NCBI RefSeq assembly: GCF_006345805.1 | Contig: NC_043000.1 | Span: 29,512,001 to 29,576,000 of the forward strand | From: Octopus sinensis | Taxonomy: Eukaryota | Direction of reading: 5' to 3' | Length of the DNA: 64,000 nucleotides | Part shown: piece after piece, positions 12,657 through 26,384 of the stretch | Numbering within the stretch: the stretch's first letter is position 1 | Layout of the letters: each line of letters begins with the position of its first letter | Program-made: the position numbers and the translations under genes | The notes under the pieces: model-generated | What the model was told of the DNA's origin: nothing | The model's input: only the letters and a program-made list of their open reading frames with translations | Databases searched by the model: none

Positions 12657-12710
12657 TATTTCTTTATTACCCACAAGGGGCTAAACACAGAGGGGACAAA
12701 CAAGGACAGA
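12657..12710 (-). mobile_element. 5'-truncated SINE family 2 tail with 14-bp TSD
   Basis: CAATACAAGATACC duplicated at 12643-12656 and 12711-12724; empty site in the paralog near 28375. Confidence 0.85.
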
Positions 12711-12833
12711 CAATACAAGATACCGTCACAAGATGCCACGCAGTGAGAGTGAACACGAAACAACGTGGTTGCAAATCAAGTTCCTTCACCACATAGCAAT
12801 CCCTGAGGCTAAAAATAAAATTTAAAGAAATAT

Positions 12834-12917
12834 TAGCACGCGTGGGGTTCAAAACCCACGCAGACACAAGTCCATTGGAAGTTAGGTCCAACGTTTTAAC
12901 CACTCGGCCATCGTGCT
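12834..12917 (-). pseudogene. Degenerate tRNA-Leu(UAA)
   Basis: Multiple substitutions, B box altered with a 1-nt insertion, anticodon loop CCTAACT. Confidence 0.88.
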
Positions 12918-13200
12918 GCTAACACTTTTATACCCAGAAATAATGTATCTGTTTATGAAATCCAGTCAAGCGCTAATCGTCACAGAATCTTTCATGTCTA
13001 ATGATGTGTTTAATAATTAGAGACTTTATATTCTGATTAACAATTCATTTACATATTTCTGTTTCTAGCCACAGAATTCAGGGGCTCAGTTTCGATAAAT
13101 GATGCATTAGTCTCGAGCCGATCACTTCCTTGTGACTGGATTTGATAGGCGGAAACTGAAAGAAGCCCGTCGTTTGTGTGCGTGTATATATATATATATA

Positions 13201-14408
13201 CAAAAATCGGGGACTGCGATGGGTACACGAATGGCCCCCTCCCTTGCCAACCTAGTCATAGGATACCTAGAGATCAGTCTGTATCGTAAGGTTCTAGAAA
13301 GATATGGCAGCCCTTTCTCCATCTACATAGAAAACAACTGGAAGAGATATCTAGATGACTGTTTCATTCTTTGGCATAAAAATATAGAAAAACTCATAGA
13401 ATTCCAGGAAATTTTAAACGGGCTGGACGTAGACATCCAATTCACGATGGAATATAGCCAGCAACAACTTCCCTTCCTCGATATCCTCATTAAGAAAGCT
13501 AATAATATAATAGAAACAGACATATACTATAAGCCTACAGACTCTAAGCAATATCTTCCATTCAATTCATGCCACCCCAGACACACCAGGATGAATATCC
13601 CCTTCAATCTAGCAAAAAGGATATGCACTATAGTCTCTAACGCAAACACCAGAGACACACGACTACAAGAACTAAAAGATACCCTTATCACCAGGAACTA
13701 TCCACCTTCACTTATTGACAAGTGCATTCAACGTGCCCTTCAACTTAACATCAAGGAACTGAGACATCCCAAATCAAAGAAAAACTTACAACCAAAAGCC
13801 TTACCATACATCTCCACACACAACCCTCTCAATAACGAAGCCTTCGGCACCATCCTCCACAACATACCCCTCCTAAAAAAAGACCACAGAATCCTCCAAA
13901 CACACACGATCATAAAAAGCAAAAGACAGCCTAGATCCATGAAAAGTCTCCTAACACAAGCCCGAATTCACTCTTCAACACAGAAGCCGACAGTAAAAAA
14001 ATGTGGAAGACCCAATTGCGGGATATGCGACTATCTAATCGAGGGTTCTGAGTTCTCCTTCAAACAGGGACAACGGTTTACAGTGAAAAGCAACTTCACA
14101 TGTGCTTCGGAGAACCTAATATACTCACTAACCTGCTCCGGGTGTCAAGAGCAGTATATAGGCCAAACAAAAAATGGTTTGCGTAAACGAATGGCCCTGC
14201 ACAGATCCCAGATAAAAATTCCCCAAAACAGAAAAATAGCTTTTAGCCAACACATAGATACTTGCGCCAACAAAAAACACCAAACTTCAGAATTTTCCCC
14301 CTCTACCAATTTAGGGACGATACAACCTCGAGACAACGAATAAGTAAAGAAAATCTCTTTATTATAAAATACAGGCCACTTCTTAACGGGTCTACGACAA
14401 ACAATTAA
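13201..14408 (+). pseudogene. Penelope-like RT (C-terminal part), thumb and GIY-YIG endonuclease; 5'-truncated with one frameshift near the end
   Basis: QKSGTAMG, WKRYLDDCF, LPFLD, YKPTDSKQYL..SCHP, RNYP, CxxxxCxxC linker (CGRPNCGIC), LIY..TC..C...YIGQT. The C-terminus PNFRIFPLYQ..KE..FIIKYRPLLN continues in another frame after the A6 run at 14272-14277. Confidence 0.92.
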
Positions 14409-14958
14409 TATACCTCAACTTAAGAATAAAAGAAATATATATACACACACAAATATTACATTCCATAGAATCCATTACTAATCGTCCCATCACAGCTATA
14501 TCTTCACCCATTCATATTCATCCTTCTCTGTTTTTTTTCTTCTTCTTCTTCCTCTTCTTCTTCATCATCATCATTATCATCATCATCGTCGTCATCGTCA
14601 TCACCACCATCAACATCGTCATCTTCTCCTTCTCCTTCTTCTTCATCGTCATCATCATCGGCACCGTCATCTTCTTCTTCTTCTTCTACTTCTCCACCTT
14701 CTACCCCTTAACCTTGTCACTAATGTCTTTAAGTATAACGCCTACGCAGCGACTGCCGGTCGCCACTGAACAGCCCAGATTCTCCCACTCCCACCAACTC
14801 AAGAACTCACAACGACCTCGAATACACAAGTGCAAACAAGGGAGTCAGAGAAAGGCAGAATGCCACCTATATCTGAACACTACTATGGAAGTATTCCTTT
14901 AAAAAAACCTTTCTTCTAATTTTTCTAAATTTTTCTAAATTTAATTATTTAATCGTTA

Positions 14959-14996
14959 CAGTTGAAAAGGTCTCAAAATGACCGAAACCGGTACTG
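14959..14996 (+). ncRNA. Minimal type I hammerhead ribozyme (U3-A8 variant)
   Basis: CAG-TTGAAAA-GGTC(TCAAAAT)GACC-GAAA-CCGG-TA-CTG: stem I CAG/CTG, stem II GGTC/GACC, palindromic stem III ACCGGT, GUA cleavage triplet. Confidence 0.8.
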
Positions 14997-16807
14997 AAAG
15001 ATTCACTATAAAATCATCTTAGCATTTTCTATTTTTAACTTGTTTTTTCATATATATATATATATATATACATTTATATATCGTGTGTGTGTGTGCGTGC
15101 GCGTGACTTTGTGTCTATGTTTGTCCAGCCGCTGCTACTGGACAATTGTATTGATGTACTTATGTCTCCGTAAGGAAGCGGCTCGGCAAACGAAGATGAT
15201 AGACTAGGTACCAGGCTTAGGAATAAAACAATAAGTGCTGCGATCGATTCATTCGACTAAAAGTTCTTCAAGGCGGTGCTCCAGTATGGCCCCAGTCTAA
15301 TGACTGAAACAAGTAAAAGATAAAAGATAGACGATATATACATTCGACTGCGGCTTTGCTGGAGCACCGCCTTAAGTCGAAGAATTCGACGCGAGGAATT
15401 ATTCTTTGTAAGCCTATACTCATTGTATCGGTTTTTTTGCCGAACAGCCAAGTTTCGGGGACAAGAATACACCAGCATCGGTTGTCAAGATGGTGCGGGG
15501 ACAAACACAGACAAAGACACACGTACATAAATATATATACACGTCGGGCTTCTTTCAGATTCCGTCTACCAAGGCTTTGGTTGGCCAAAGGCTATAGTAG
15601 AAGACTCTTACCTAAGTTACCACAATAGGACTGAACCTAGATCTGAGGATGGTTGAGTGCCGTCGGAAAACATATTATTGGCTTAACATTTTGAGACAAA
15701 GCCGGCAATTTCGGGGGTGGAACTAATTTGATCATATCGACACCAAAACTCAACTGGTACTCATTTTATGGACACCGAAAGGATAAAAGCCAGCGTCGAC
15801 CTCGGCGAAATTTGAACTCAGGTTGTCGAGTCAGACGAAATGCCGTTAAGTAATTTATATAGGGTACTAACGATTCTGCCAGCTCGCCGCCTTTTGGTGA
15901 ATTTCTTGTTAATAGCGGTCTTTTTAAATACATTAAAAGACAGAGCAACAGAGGCTAGTTGGCTGGATCGCAGGGTTTACTATATATTAGAACCTTTGTG
16001 CGGGTGTGTCGCCTCATCCATGGCGGCCTCTCTTTAAACATAGATAAAGCAACAGAAGTGACCAGACCAGTGTATTTCTTGGTTTGACCACAATAAGAAT
16101 GGGTAAGTAAAGGCTGGGCTGCCTAACCTACAGGATGCCATCGCTGTGAAACAGTGCCAAGTGCTAGACCGCGTATAACGCATGCCTACGAAGTAACCAA
16201 TGGTACGTACAGACATAGAAACATACATTCACACATACATACATACAAACACGTACATACACACACACATAAACACATATATACACACACATAAACACAT
16301 ACATACATACATTCACTCCTACATACATAAACTCACGTATACACACACACATACATACACACAAATACACAACCACATACACATATACACACATGCATAC
16401 ATATACAGACATACATACATATACCTATATATACACATACGTACACACATACACACATACACTCATACATACACACACATACATACATACATACATACAC
16501 ACATACACAAGCACACCCATACATACACACATGCATACATACACACAATACACACTTAACGGGCTTCTTCCAGTTTCCGTCTACCAAATCAACTCACAGG
16601 GATTTAATTGGCCCGCGCCTATAGCAGGAAACACTAATCCAGTGTGCCATGCAATGGGACTCAACCTGGAACCATGAGGCTAAAAGTTGGTTGAGTATTG
16701 ACCACTTCATCAGATATGAAAGAATTTTAAACCCTTTCCGCCTAGGCTGCATGGCTCGTTTCATCTTCATAAACAGATACGTTATTTCCGAAAACTTAAA
16801 CATGAGC

Positions 16808-16890
16808 AGCACGATGGCCGAGTGGTTAAGGCGTTGGACTTAAGTTCCAATGGACAAATGTCCGCGTGGGTTCGAACCCCACTCGTGCTA
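16808..16890 (+). tRNA. tRNA-Leu-TAA: tRNA-Leu(UAA)
   Basis: Consensus except variable-arm loop AAAT. Confidence 0.95.
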
Positions 16891-18071
16891 ATTTGCTTTT
16901 ATTTTATTTTTAGACATAATAATGACAATGTGGTCAGGGAGCTCGATTTTCAACCACGTTGTTTCGGGTTCAGTTGCACTTAGCTGTTTCTTGTGCATGC
17001 GTCTTCTGCTGTTGTCCCGGATCTACGAAAGTGATAGTGAGGGGATCTGTTCTTCTGGAAACCTTCAATGCGTTTATTAATCCCTATATATATGGTGGCA
17101 TATATATATAGGAATATATATATATAGCGCACCTTGGGTTACTATGGTGAATGTTTCGGTTGATCTGAGGAACGGAACAGATTAACCGTGAACTTAATTT
17201 GCAAGTGGCTGAGTACTCTACAGGCACGCAACCCTTACCGCGGTTCTCAGAGAAATTCAGTATGACACAGAGCGGGACAAGGTTGGTCCGTTTGAATTAC
17301 AGGAACAACACATTTTTGCAACCTAGGTGGACTGGAGTAAAATGAAATATAGTGTCTTACACAAAGAGATAACGAGCTGCCGGAAATCGAACTCACAATT
17401 TTACGATCATAAGAGCAGTACTCTAACCATTTAGCCACACGCCTTCTCTCATACATACATAAACACACACACTCATACATACATACATGCACACATACAT
17501 ACATACATACATACATACATACATAATACATACATACATACATACATACATACATACATACATAAACTCACATATAAGGAGCACTCCGTCGGTTGCGACA
17601 ACGAGGGTCCCACCTGATGCGATCAACGGAATAGGTTGCTCGTGAAATTAACGTGCAAGTGGCTGAGCATCCCACAGACACGAGTACACTTAACGTAGAA
17701 CTCAGGGAGATTCAGCGTGACAGAGAGAGTGAAAAGGCTGGCCCTTTGAAATACGGATACAATTCATTTTTGCCAGCCGAGTGGACTGGAGCAACGTGAA
17801 ATAAAGTATCTTGCTGAAAGACACAACACGTCGCCGCGAATTGAACTCACGACCTTACTATCTTGAGTTAAATGCCCTAACCACTAAGCCACGCACCTTC
17901 ACAAACTCACACAAACATGCACACATCCACACGCACATACATACACAGAAATACACAACATATACACATACATACACACATATATACACAAAACATACAT
18001 ACATACACACATATATCCAGTTATACATACAGTCATACATACACACATACATACATACACACATACATACA

Positions 18072-18102
<31 letters not shown>

Positions 18103-18443
18103 TTACATACTTACTTACATACATACTTACATACTTACATACTTACATACATACTTACATACACACAATACACACACGCGACGGGCTTCTTTTAGTTTTC
18201 ATCTACCAAATCCACTCGATCGGCCCACGCCTATAGCAAGAAACATCAGCCCAGTTTTCTACGCAGAGGGACTGAACCTGGAACTATGAGGCTGGAAATT
18301 GAAATACGTAAATGAGTTGTTAACTGGTTGAGTATTGACCACTTCATTAGAAATGATAGAATTTTAAAACGTTTCCCTCTTGGCTGCATGGCTCGTTTCA
18401 TCTCAATAAACAGATACTTATTTACGAAAGATTAAACACGAGC

Positions 18444-18526
18444 AGCACGATGGCCGAGTGGTTAAGGCGTTGGACTTAAGTTCCAATGGACAAGTGTCCG
18501 CGTGGGTTCGAGCCCCACTCGTGCTA
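18444..18526 (+). tRNA. tRNA-Leu-TAA: tRNA-Leu(UAA)
   Basis: Consensus except T-loop TTCGAGC. Confidence 0.92.
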
Positions 18527-19131
18527 TTTCGTTTTTATTTTATTTCTAGACATAATCATGTGGCTGTGTAGCAAGACGCTTGCTTCCCAACTACATGCGT
18601 CAGGGTTCAGTCTCAATGAGTGGTACCTTGGGCAAGTGTCTTCTACTATAGCCTTGGGAAGACCAAAACCTTGTGAGTGGATTTGGCTGACGGAAACTGA
18701 AAGAAGTCCGTCGTATTTTTAAACGTATATATTTGTGTATATCTATGCTTGTTGCTCCCTATCGTCGCTTGACAACCGATGATTGTGTGTTTATGTTCCG
18801 GTAACTAAGCGGTAGGGCGAAAGAAAACGATGGAATAAATACTAAGCTTATAATTTACTCGACAAAAACCTCTGACGGCAGTCAAATGACTGAAACAAGT
18901 AAAACAATAAAAGAACGTATACATACATACACACACAGACCAAATAGGTAAGACAGACAGGCAGACAAACGGGCTGTCATTCAGACAATAGAAAGGCCTC
19001 ACCCCACCTAATATTCGGACCAGTACAATACAAGATACCGGCACAAGATGCCACGAAACAACGTGGTTGCAAATTAAGTTCCTTCACCACATAGCCATCC
19101 CTGAGGCTAAAACTAAAATTTAAAGAAATAT

Positions 19132-19214
19132 TAGCACGCTTGGGGTTCAAACCCACGCGGACACAAGTCCATTGGAAGTTAGGTCCAACGTCTTAACCAA
19201 TCGGCCATCGTGCT
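19132..19214 (-). pseudogene. Degenerate tRNA-Leu(UAA)
   Basis: Shares lesions with the 12834 copy (TTCAAAC on +, GTTAGGT); upstream spacer partly deleted. Confidence 0.88.
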
Positions 19215-19467
19215 GCTAACACAGAAATAATGTATCTGTTTATGAAATCCAGTCAAGCGCTAATCGTCACAGAATCTTTGATGTCTAATGATGTGTTTAA
19301 TAATTAGAGACTTTATATTCTGATTAATAATTCATTTACATATTTCTGTTTCTAGCCACAGAATTCCGGGCTCAGTTTCGATAAATGATGCATTAGTCTC
19401 GAGCCGACCACTTCCTTGTGGCTGGATTTGATAGGCGGAAACTGAAAGAAGCCCGCCGTGTGTGTGC

Positions 19468-19513
<46 letters not shown>

Positions 19514-20476
19514 TTATATATCATGTGTGTGTGTGCGTGCGCGTGTCTTTGTGTCTATGTTTGTCCAGCCGCTGCTACTGGACAACTGTATTGATGTACT
19601 TATGTCTCCGTAACGAAGCGGTTCGGCAAACGAAGATGATAGACGAGGTACCAGGCTTAGAAATAAAACAATAAGTGCTGCGATCGATTCATTCGACTAT
19701 AAGTTCTTCAAGGCGGTGCCCCAGTATGGCCCCAGTGTAATGACTGAAACAAGTAAAAGATAAAAGATAGACGATATATACATTCGACTGCGGCTTTGCT
19801 GGAGCACCGCCTTAAGTCGAAGAATTCGACGCGAGGAATTATTCTTTGTAAGCCTACACTCATTCTATCGGAGGTTTTTTGCCGAACAGCCAAGTTTCGG
19901 GGACAAGAATACACCAGCATCGGTTGTCAAGATGGTGCGGGGACAAACACAGACAAAGACACACGAACATAGATATATATACACGACGGGCTTATTTCAG
20001 ACTCCGCCTACCAAGGCCTTGGTTGGCCCATGGCTATAGTAGATGACTCGTGCCTAAGTTACCACAATAAGACTGAACCTTGATCCGAGTGGCTCGAGGG
20101 TGGCTGAGTGCCGTCGGAAAACATATTATTGGCTTAAAATTTTTAGACAAAGCCAGCAATTTCGGGGAAGGAACTAATTTGATCACATCGACACCAAAAC
20201 TCAATTGGTACTCATTTTATGGACACCGAAAGGATAAAAGGCAGCGTCGACCTCGGCGAATTTTGAACTCAGGTTCTCGAGTCGGACGAAATGGCTGGGC
20301 CACTAATCCAGTGTGCCAGGCAATGGGACTGAACCTGGAACCATGAGGCTAAAAATTGGTTGAGTATTGACCACCTCATCAGATATGAAAGAATTTTAAA
20401 CCATTTCCGTCTCGGCTGCATGGCTCGTTTCATCTTCATAAACAGATACATTATTTCCGGGCTCTTAGACACAAGC

Positions 20477-20559
20477 AGCACGATGGCCGAGTGGTTAAGG
20501 CGTTGGACTTAAGTTCCAATGGACAAATGTCCGCGTGGGTTCGATCCCCACTCGTGCTA
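20477..20559 (+). tRNA. tRNA-Leu-TAA: tRNA-Leu(UAA)
   Basis: All stems intact; variable loop AAAT, T-loop TTCGATC. Confidence 0.93.
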
Positions 20560-21711
20560 CTTCGCTTTTATTTTATTTTTAGACATAATAATGACTATGT
20601 GGTCAGGGAGCTCGATTTTCAACCACGTTGTTTCGGGTTCAGTTGCACTTAGCTGTTTCTTGTGCATGCGTCTTCTGCTGTTGTCCCGGATCTACGAAAG
20701 TGATAGTGAGGGGATCTGTTCTACTGAAACCCTTCAATGCGTTTATTAATCCCTATATATATGGTGGCATATATCTAGGAATATATATATATATATATAG
20801 CGCACCTTGGGTTACTATGGTGAATGTTTCGGTTGATCTGAGGAACGGAACAGATTAACCGTGAACTTAATTTGCAAGTGGCTGAGTACTCTACAGGCAC
20901 GAAACCCTTACCGCGGTTCTCAGAGAAATTAAGTATGACACAGAGTGGGACAAGGTTGGTCCGTTTGAATTACAGGAACAACACATTTTTGCAACCTAGG
21001 TGGACTGGAGTAAAATGAAATATAGTGTCTTACGCAAAAGAGATAACGAGCTGCCGGAAATCGAAATCACAATTTTACGATCATGAGAGCAGTACTCTAA
21101 CCATTTAGCCACACGCCTTCTCTCATACATACCTAAACACACACACTCATACATACATCATACATACATGCACACATACATACATACATACATAATACAT
21201 ACATACATACATACATACATACATACATACTACATACATAAACTCACGTATACACACACACATACATACATACACACAAATACACAACCACATACACATA
21301 TACACACATGCATACATATACAGACATACATACATATATCTATATACACATACGTACACACATACACCATACACTCATACATACACACACATACATACAT
21401 ACATACACACATACACAAGTCACACCCATACATACACACATGCATACATCACACAATACACACTTAACGGGTTTCTTCCAGTTTCCGTCTACAAAATCCA
21501 CTCACAGGATTTGATTGGCCGCGCCTATAGCAAGAACACTAATCCAGTGTGCCAGGCAATGGGACTCAACCTGGAACCATGAGGCTAAAAATTGGTTGAG
21601 TATTGACCACCTCATCAGATATGAAAGAATTTTAAACCATTTCCGTCTCGGCTGCATGGCTCGTTTCATCTTCAAAACAGATACATTATTTCCGGGCTCT
21701 TAGACACAAGC

Positions 21712-21794
21712 AGCACGATGGCCGAGTGGTTAAGGCGTTGGACTTAAGTTCCAATGGACAAATGTCCGCGTGGGTTCGATCCCCACTCGTGCTA
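21712..21794 (+). tRNA. tRNA-Leu-TAA: tRNA-Leu(UAA)
   Basis: Identical to the 20477 copy; part of a 1235-bp tandem duplication. Confidence 0.93.
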
Positions 21795-23267
21795 CTTCGC
21801 TTTTATTTTATTTTAGATATAATAATGACTATGTGGTCAGGGAGCTCGATTTTCAACCACGTTGTTTCGGGTTCAGTTGCACTTAGCTGTTTCTTGTGCA
21901 TGCGTCTTCTGCTGTTGTCCCGGATCTACGAAAGTGATAGTGAGGGGATCTGTTCTACTGAAACCCTTCAATGCGTTTATTAATCCCTATATATATGGTG
22001 GCATATATCTAGGAATATATATATATATATATAGCGCACCTTGGGTTACTATGGTGAATGTTTCGGTTGATCTGGGGAACGGAACAGATTAACCGTGAAC
22101 TTAATTTGCAAGTGGCTGAGTACTCTACAGGCACGAAACCCTTACCGAGGTTCTCAGAGAAATTCAGTATGACACAGAGTGGGACAAGGTTGGTCCGTTT
22201 GAATTACAGGAACAACACATTTTTGCAACCTAGGTGGACTGGAGTAAAATGAAATATAGTGTCTTACGCAAAAGAGATAACGAGCTGCCGGAAATCGAAA
22301 TCACAATTTTACGATCATGAGAGCAGTACTCTAACCATTTAGCCACACGCCTTCTCTCATACATACCTAAACACACACACTCATACATACATCATACATA
22401 CATGCACACATACATACATACATACATACATACATACATACATACATACATACATACATACAAACATAAACTCACATATAAGGAGCACTCCGTCGGTTGC
22501 GACAACGAGGGTCCCACCGGATGCGATCAACGGAATAGGTTGCTCGTGAAATTAACGTGCAAGTGGCGGAACATTCCACAGACACGTGTACACTCAGGGA
22601 GATTCAGCGTAACACAGAGTGTGACAAGGCTGGCCCTTTGAAATACGGATACAATTCATTTTTGCCAGCCGAGTGGACTGGAGCAACGTGAAATAAAGTG
22701 TCTTGCTCAAAGACACAACACGTCGCCGCGAATTGAACTCACGACCTTACGATCTTGAGTTAAATGCCCTAACCACTAAGCCACGCACCTTCACAAACCT
22801 ACATATACATGCACACATCCACACACACATTCATACAAATACACAACGACATATACACATATATATACACATACATACACATACACACAAACATATGTAC
22901 ACACATACATAAAGACATACATACCTTATACATACATACACCCATACATACACACATACTCACATACATACATATACACAATACATATACACGACGGGCG
23001 TCTTTCAGTTTTCGTCTACCAAATCCACTCACAAGGATTTGATCGGCCCGCGACTACAGCAAGAAACACTAGCCCAAGGTTCCAGGCAGTGGGAATGAAC
23101 CTTGAACCACGAAGCTGGCAAGTGAGATACGTAAATGACCTGTTAATAGGTTGAGTATTGACCACTTCATTAGAAATGAAAGCAGTTTAAACCATTTCCC
23201 TCTTGGCTGCATGTCTAGTTTCATCTCCATAAACAGATACATTATTTCGGTCCTATAAGACATAAGC

Positions 23268-23350
23268 AGCGCGATGGCCGAGTGGTTAAGGCGTTGGACT
23301 TAAGTTCCAATGGACAATTGTCCGCGTGGGTTCGAGCCCCACTCGTGCTA
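23268..23350 (+). tRNA. tRNA-Leu-TAA: tRNA-Leu(UAA)
   Basis: Acceptor AGCGCGA gives a G.U wobble; variable loop AATT; T-loop TTCGAGC. Confidence 0.85.
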
Positions 23351-23570
23351 TCTTGTTTTCTTTTATTTTTAGACATAAACATGGCTACGTGGTCAGGGAG
23401 CGTGATTTTCAACCACGTTGTGTCGAGTTCAATTGCACTTCGTTGCCTCTTTCAAATGACTGAAACAAGTAAAACAAATGATGCACTAGCTGCAAGCCGA
23501 CCACTTCCTTGTGACTAGATTTGATAGGCGGAAACTGAAAGAAGCCCGTCGTTTGTGTGCGTGTATAAAT

Positions 23571-23602
<32 letters not shown>

Positions 23603-25107
23603 TATATATACATTTTTATATCGTGTGTGTGTGTGCGTGCGCGTGTCTTTGTGTCTATGTTTGTCCAGCCGCTGCTACTGGATAATTGTATTGATGTACT
23701 TATGTCTCCGTAACGAAGCGGTTCAGCAAACGAAGATGATAGACGAGGTACCAGGCTTAGAAATAAAACAATAAGTGCTGCGATCGATTCATTCGACTAA
23801 AAGTTCTTCGAGGCGGTGCCCCAGTATTGCCCCAGTCTGATGACTGAAACAAGTAAAAGATAAAAGATAGACGATATATACATTCGACTGCGGCTTTGCT
23901 GGAGCAACGCCTTAAGTCGAAGAATTCGACGCGAGGAATTATTCTTTGTAAGCCTACACTCATTCTATCGGTATTTTTTGCCGAGCAGCCAAGTTTCGGG
24001 GACAAGAATACACCAGCATCGGTTGTCAAGATGGTGCGGGGACAAACACAGACAAAGACACACGAACATAAATATATATACACGTCGGGCTTCTTTCAGA
24101 CTCCGTCTACCAAGGCTTTGGTTGGCCCAAGGCTATAGTAGAAGACTCTTGCCTAAGTTACCACAATAGGACTGAACCTTGATCCGAGTGGCTCGAGGGT
24201 GGCTAAGTGCCGTCGGAAAACATATTGTTGGCTTAACATTTTGAGACAAAGCCAGCAATTTCGGGGGAGGAACTAATTTGATCACATCGACACCAAAACT
24301 CAACTGGTACTCATTTTATGGACACCGAAAGGATAAAAGGCAGCGTCGACCTCGGCGGAATTTGAACTCAGGTTGTCGAGTCGGACGAAATGCCGTTAAG
24401 TAATTTATATAGGGTGCTAACGATTCTGCCAGCGCGCTGCCTTTTGGTGAATTTCTTGTCAATAGCGGTCTTTTTAAATACATTAAAAAACAGAGCAACA
24501 GAGGCTAGTTGGCTGGATCGCAGGGGTTACTATATATTAGAACCTTTGTGCGGGTGTGTCACCACATCCATGGAGGCCTCTCTTTAAACATAGATAAAGC
24601 AACAGAAGTGACCAGACCAGTGTATTCACTCCTACATACATAAACTCACGTATACACACACACATACATACACACAAATACACAACCACATACACATATA
24701 CACACATGCATACATATACAGACATACATACATATATCTATATATACACATACGTACACTCATACACACATACACTCATACATACACATACATACATACA
24801 CACATACACAAGCACACCCATACATACACACATACATACATACACACAATACACACTTAACGGTCTTCTTCCAGCTTCCGTCTACCAAATCCACTCACAT
24901 GGATTTGATTGGCCCGCGCCTATAGCAAGAAACACTAATCCAATGTGCCAGGCAATGGGACTGAACCTGGAACCATGAGGCTAAAAATTGGTTGAGTATT
25001 GACCACTTCATCAGATATGAAAGAATTTTAAACCATTCCGTCTCGGCTGCATGGCTCGTTTCACCTTCATAAACAGATACATTATTTCCAGTCTCTTAGA
25101 GGCAAGC

Positions 25108-25190
25108 AGCACGATGGCCGAGTGGTTAAGGCGTTGGACTTAAGTTCCAATGGACAAATGTCCGCGTGGGTTCGAACCCCACTCGTGCTA
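25108..25190 (+). tRNA. tRNA-Leu-TAA: tRNA-Leu(UAA)
   Basis: Stems intact; variable loop AAAT. Confidence 0.95.
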
Positions 25191-26034
25191 CTTCGCTTTT
25201 ATTTTATTTTTAGACATAATAATAACTATGTGGTCAGGGAGCTTGATTTTCAACCACGTTGTGTCGGGTTCAGTTGCACTTAGCTGCTTCTTGTGCATGT
25301 ATCTTCTGCTGTTGTCTCGGATCTACGAAAGTCATAGCGGGGGGATCTGTTCTACTTAACGTAGTACTCAGGGAGATTCATCGTGACATACAATGTGACA
25401 AGGCTGGCCCTTTGAAATACGGATACAATTCATTTTTGCCAGCCGAGTGGACTGGAGCAACGTGAAATAAAGTGTCTTGCTCAAAGACACAACACGTCCC
25501 CGCGAATTGAACTCACGACCTTACGATCTTGAGTTAAATGCCCTAACCACTAAGCCACGCACCTTCACAAACCTACATATACATGCACACATCCACACAC
25601 ATTCATACAAATACACAACCACATATACACATATATACACACATACATACATATACACACAAAAATATATACACACATACATAAAGACATACATACCTCA
25701 TACATACCTCATACATACACACATACTTACATACATACATATACACAATACATATACACGACGGGCGTCTTTCAGTTTTCGTCTACCAAATCCACTCACA
25801 AGGATTTGATCGGCCCACGACTATAGCAAGAAACACTAGCCCAAGGTGCCAGGCAGTGGGAATGAACCTTGAACCACGAGGCTGGAAAGTGAGATACGTA
25901 AATGACCTGTTTATAGGTTGAGTATTGACCACTTCATTAGAAATGAAAGCAGTTTAAACCATTTCCCTCTTGGCTGCATGTCTAGTTTCATCTCCATAAA
26001 CAGATACATTATTTCCGTCCTATTAAGCATAAGC

Positions 26035-26117
26035 AGCACGATGGCCGAGTGGTTAAGGCGTTGGACTTAAGTTCCAATGGACAATTGTCCGCGTGGGTTC
26101 GAACCCCACTCGTGCTA
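26035..26117 (+). tRNA. tRNA-Leu-TAA: tRNA-Leu(UAA)
   Basis: Stems intact; variable loop AATT. Confidence 0.95.
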
Positions 26118-26301
26118 TCTTGTTTTCTTTTATTTTTAGACATAAACATGGCTATGTGGTCAAGGAGCGTGATTTCCAACCACGTTGTGTCGAGTTCATT
26201 TGCACTTCGCTGCCTCTTTCAAATGACTGAAACAAGTAAAACAAATCAAGCTTCTTCACCACATAGCATTCCCTGTAGCTAAAAATTAACTATAAAAAAA
26301 T

Positions 26302-26384
26302 TAATACGGGTGGGGCTTGGATCCACGCAGAAATTTGTTCATTGTAATTTAAGTCTCATGCCTTAACCACCAGGCCATCGAGGA
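26302..26384 (-). pseudogene. Heavily degenerate tRNA-Leu(UAA)
   Basis: Colinear 83-nt match to the consensus with many substitutions (taatacgggtggggcttggatccacgcag...ccttaaccaccaggccatcg); B box destroyed. Confidence 0.85.

Larger units (their letters stand above)
13201..15050 (+). mobile_element. 5'-truncated Penelope-like retroelement (probably Neptune clade) inserted in (TA)n
   Basis: RT/GIY-YIG ORF, 3' UTR with (TCT/TCA)n, terminal hammerhead. Flanked by (TA)n on both sides; paralogous units lack it. Confidence 0.93.
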
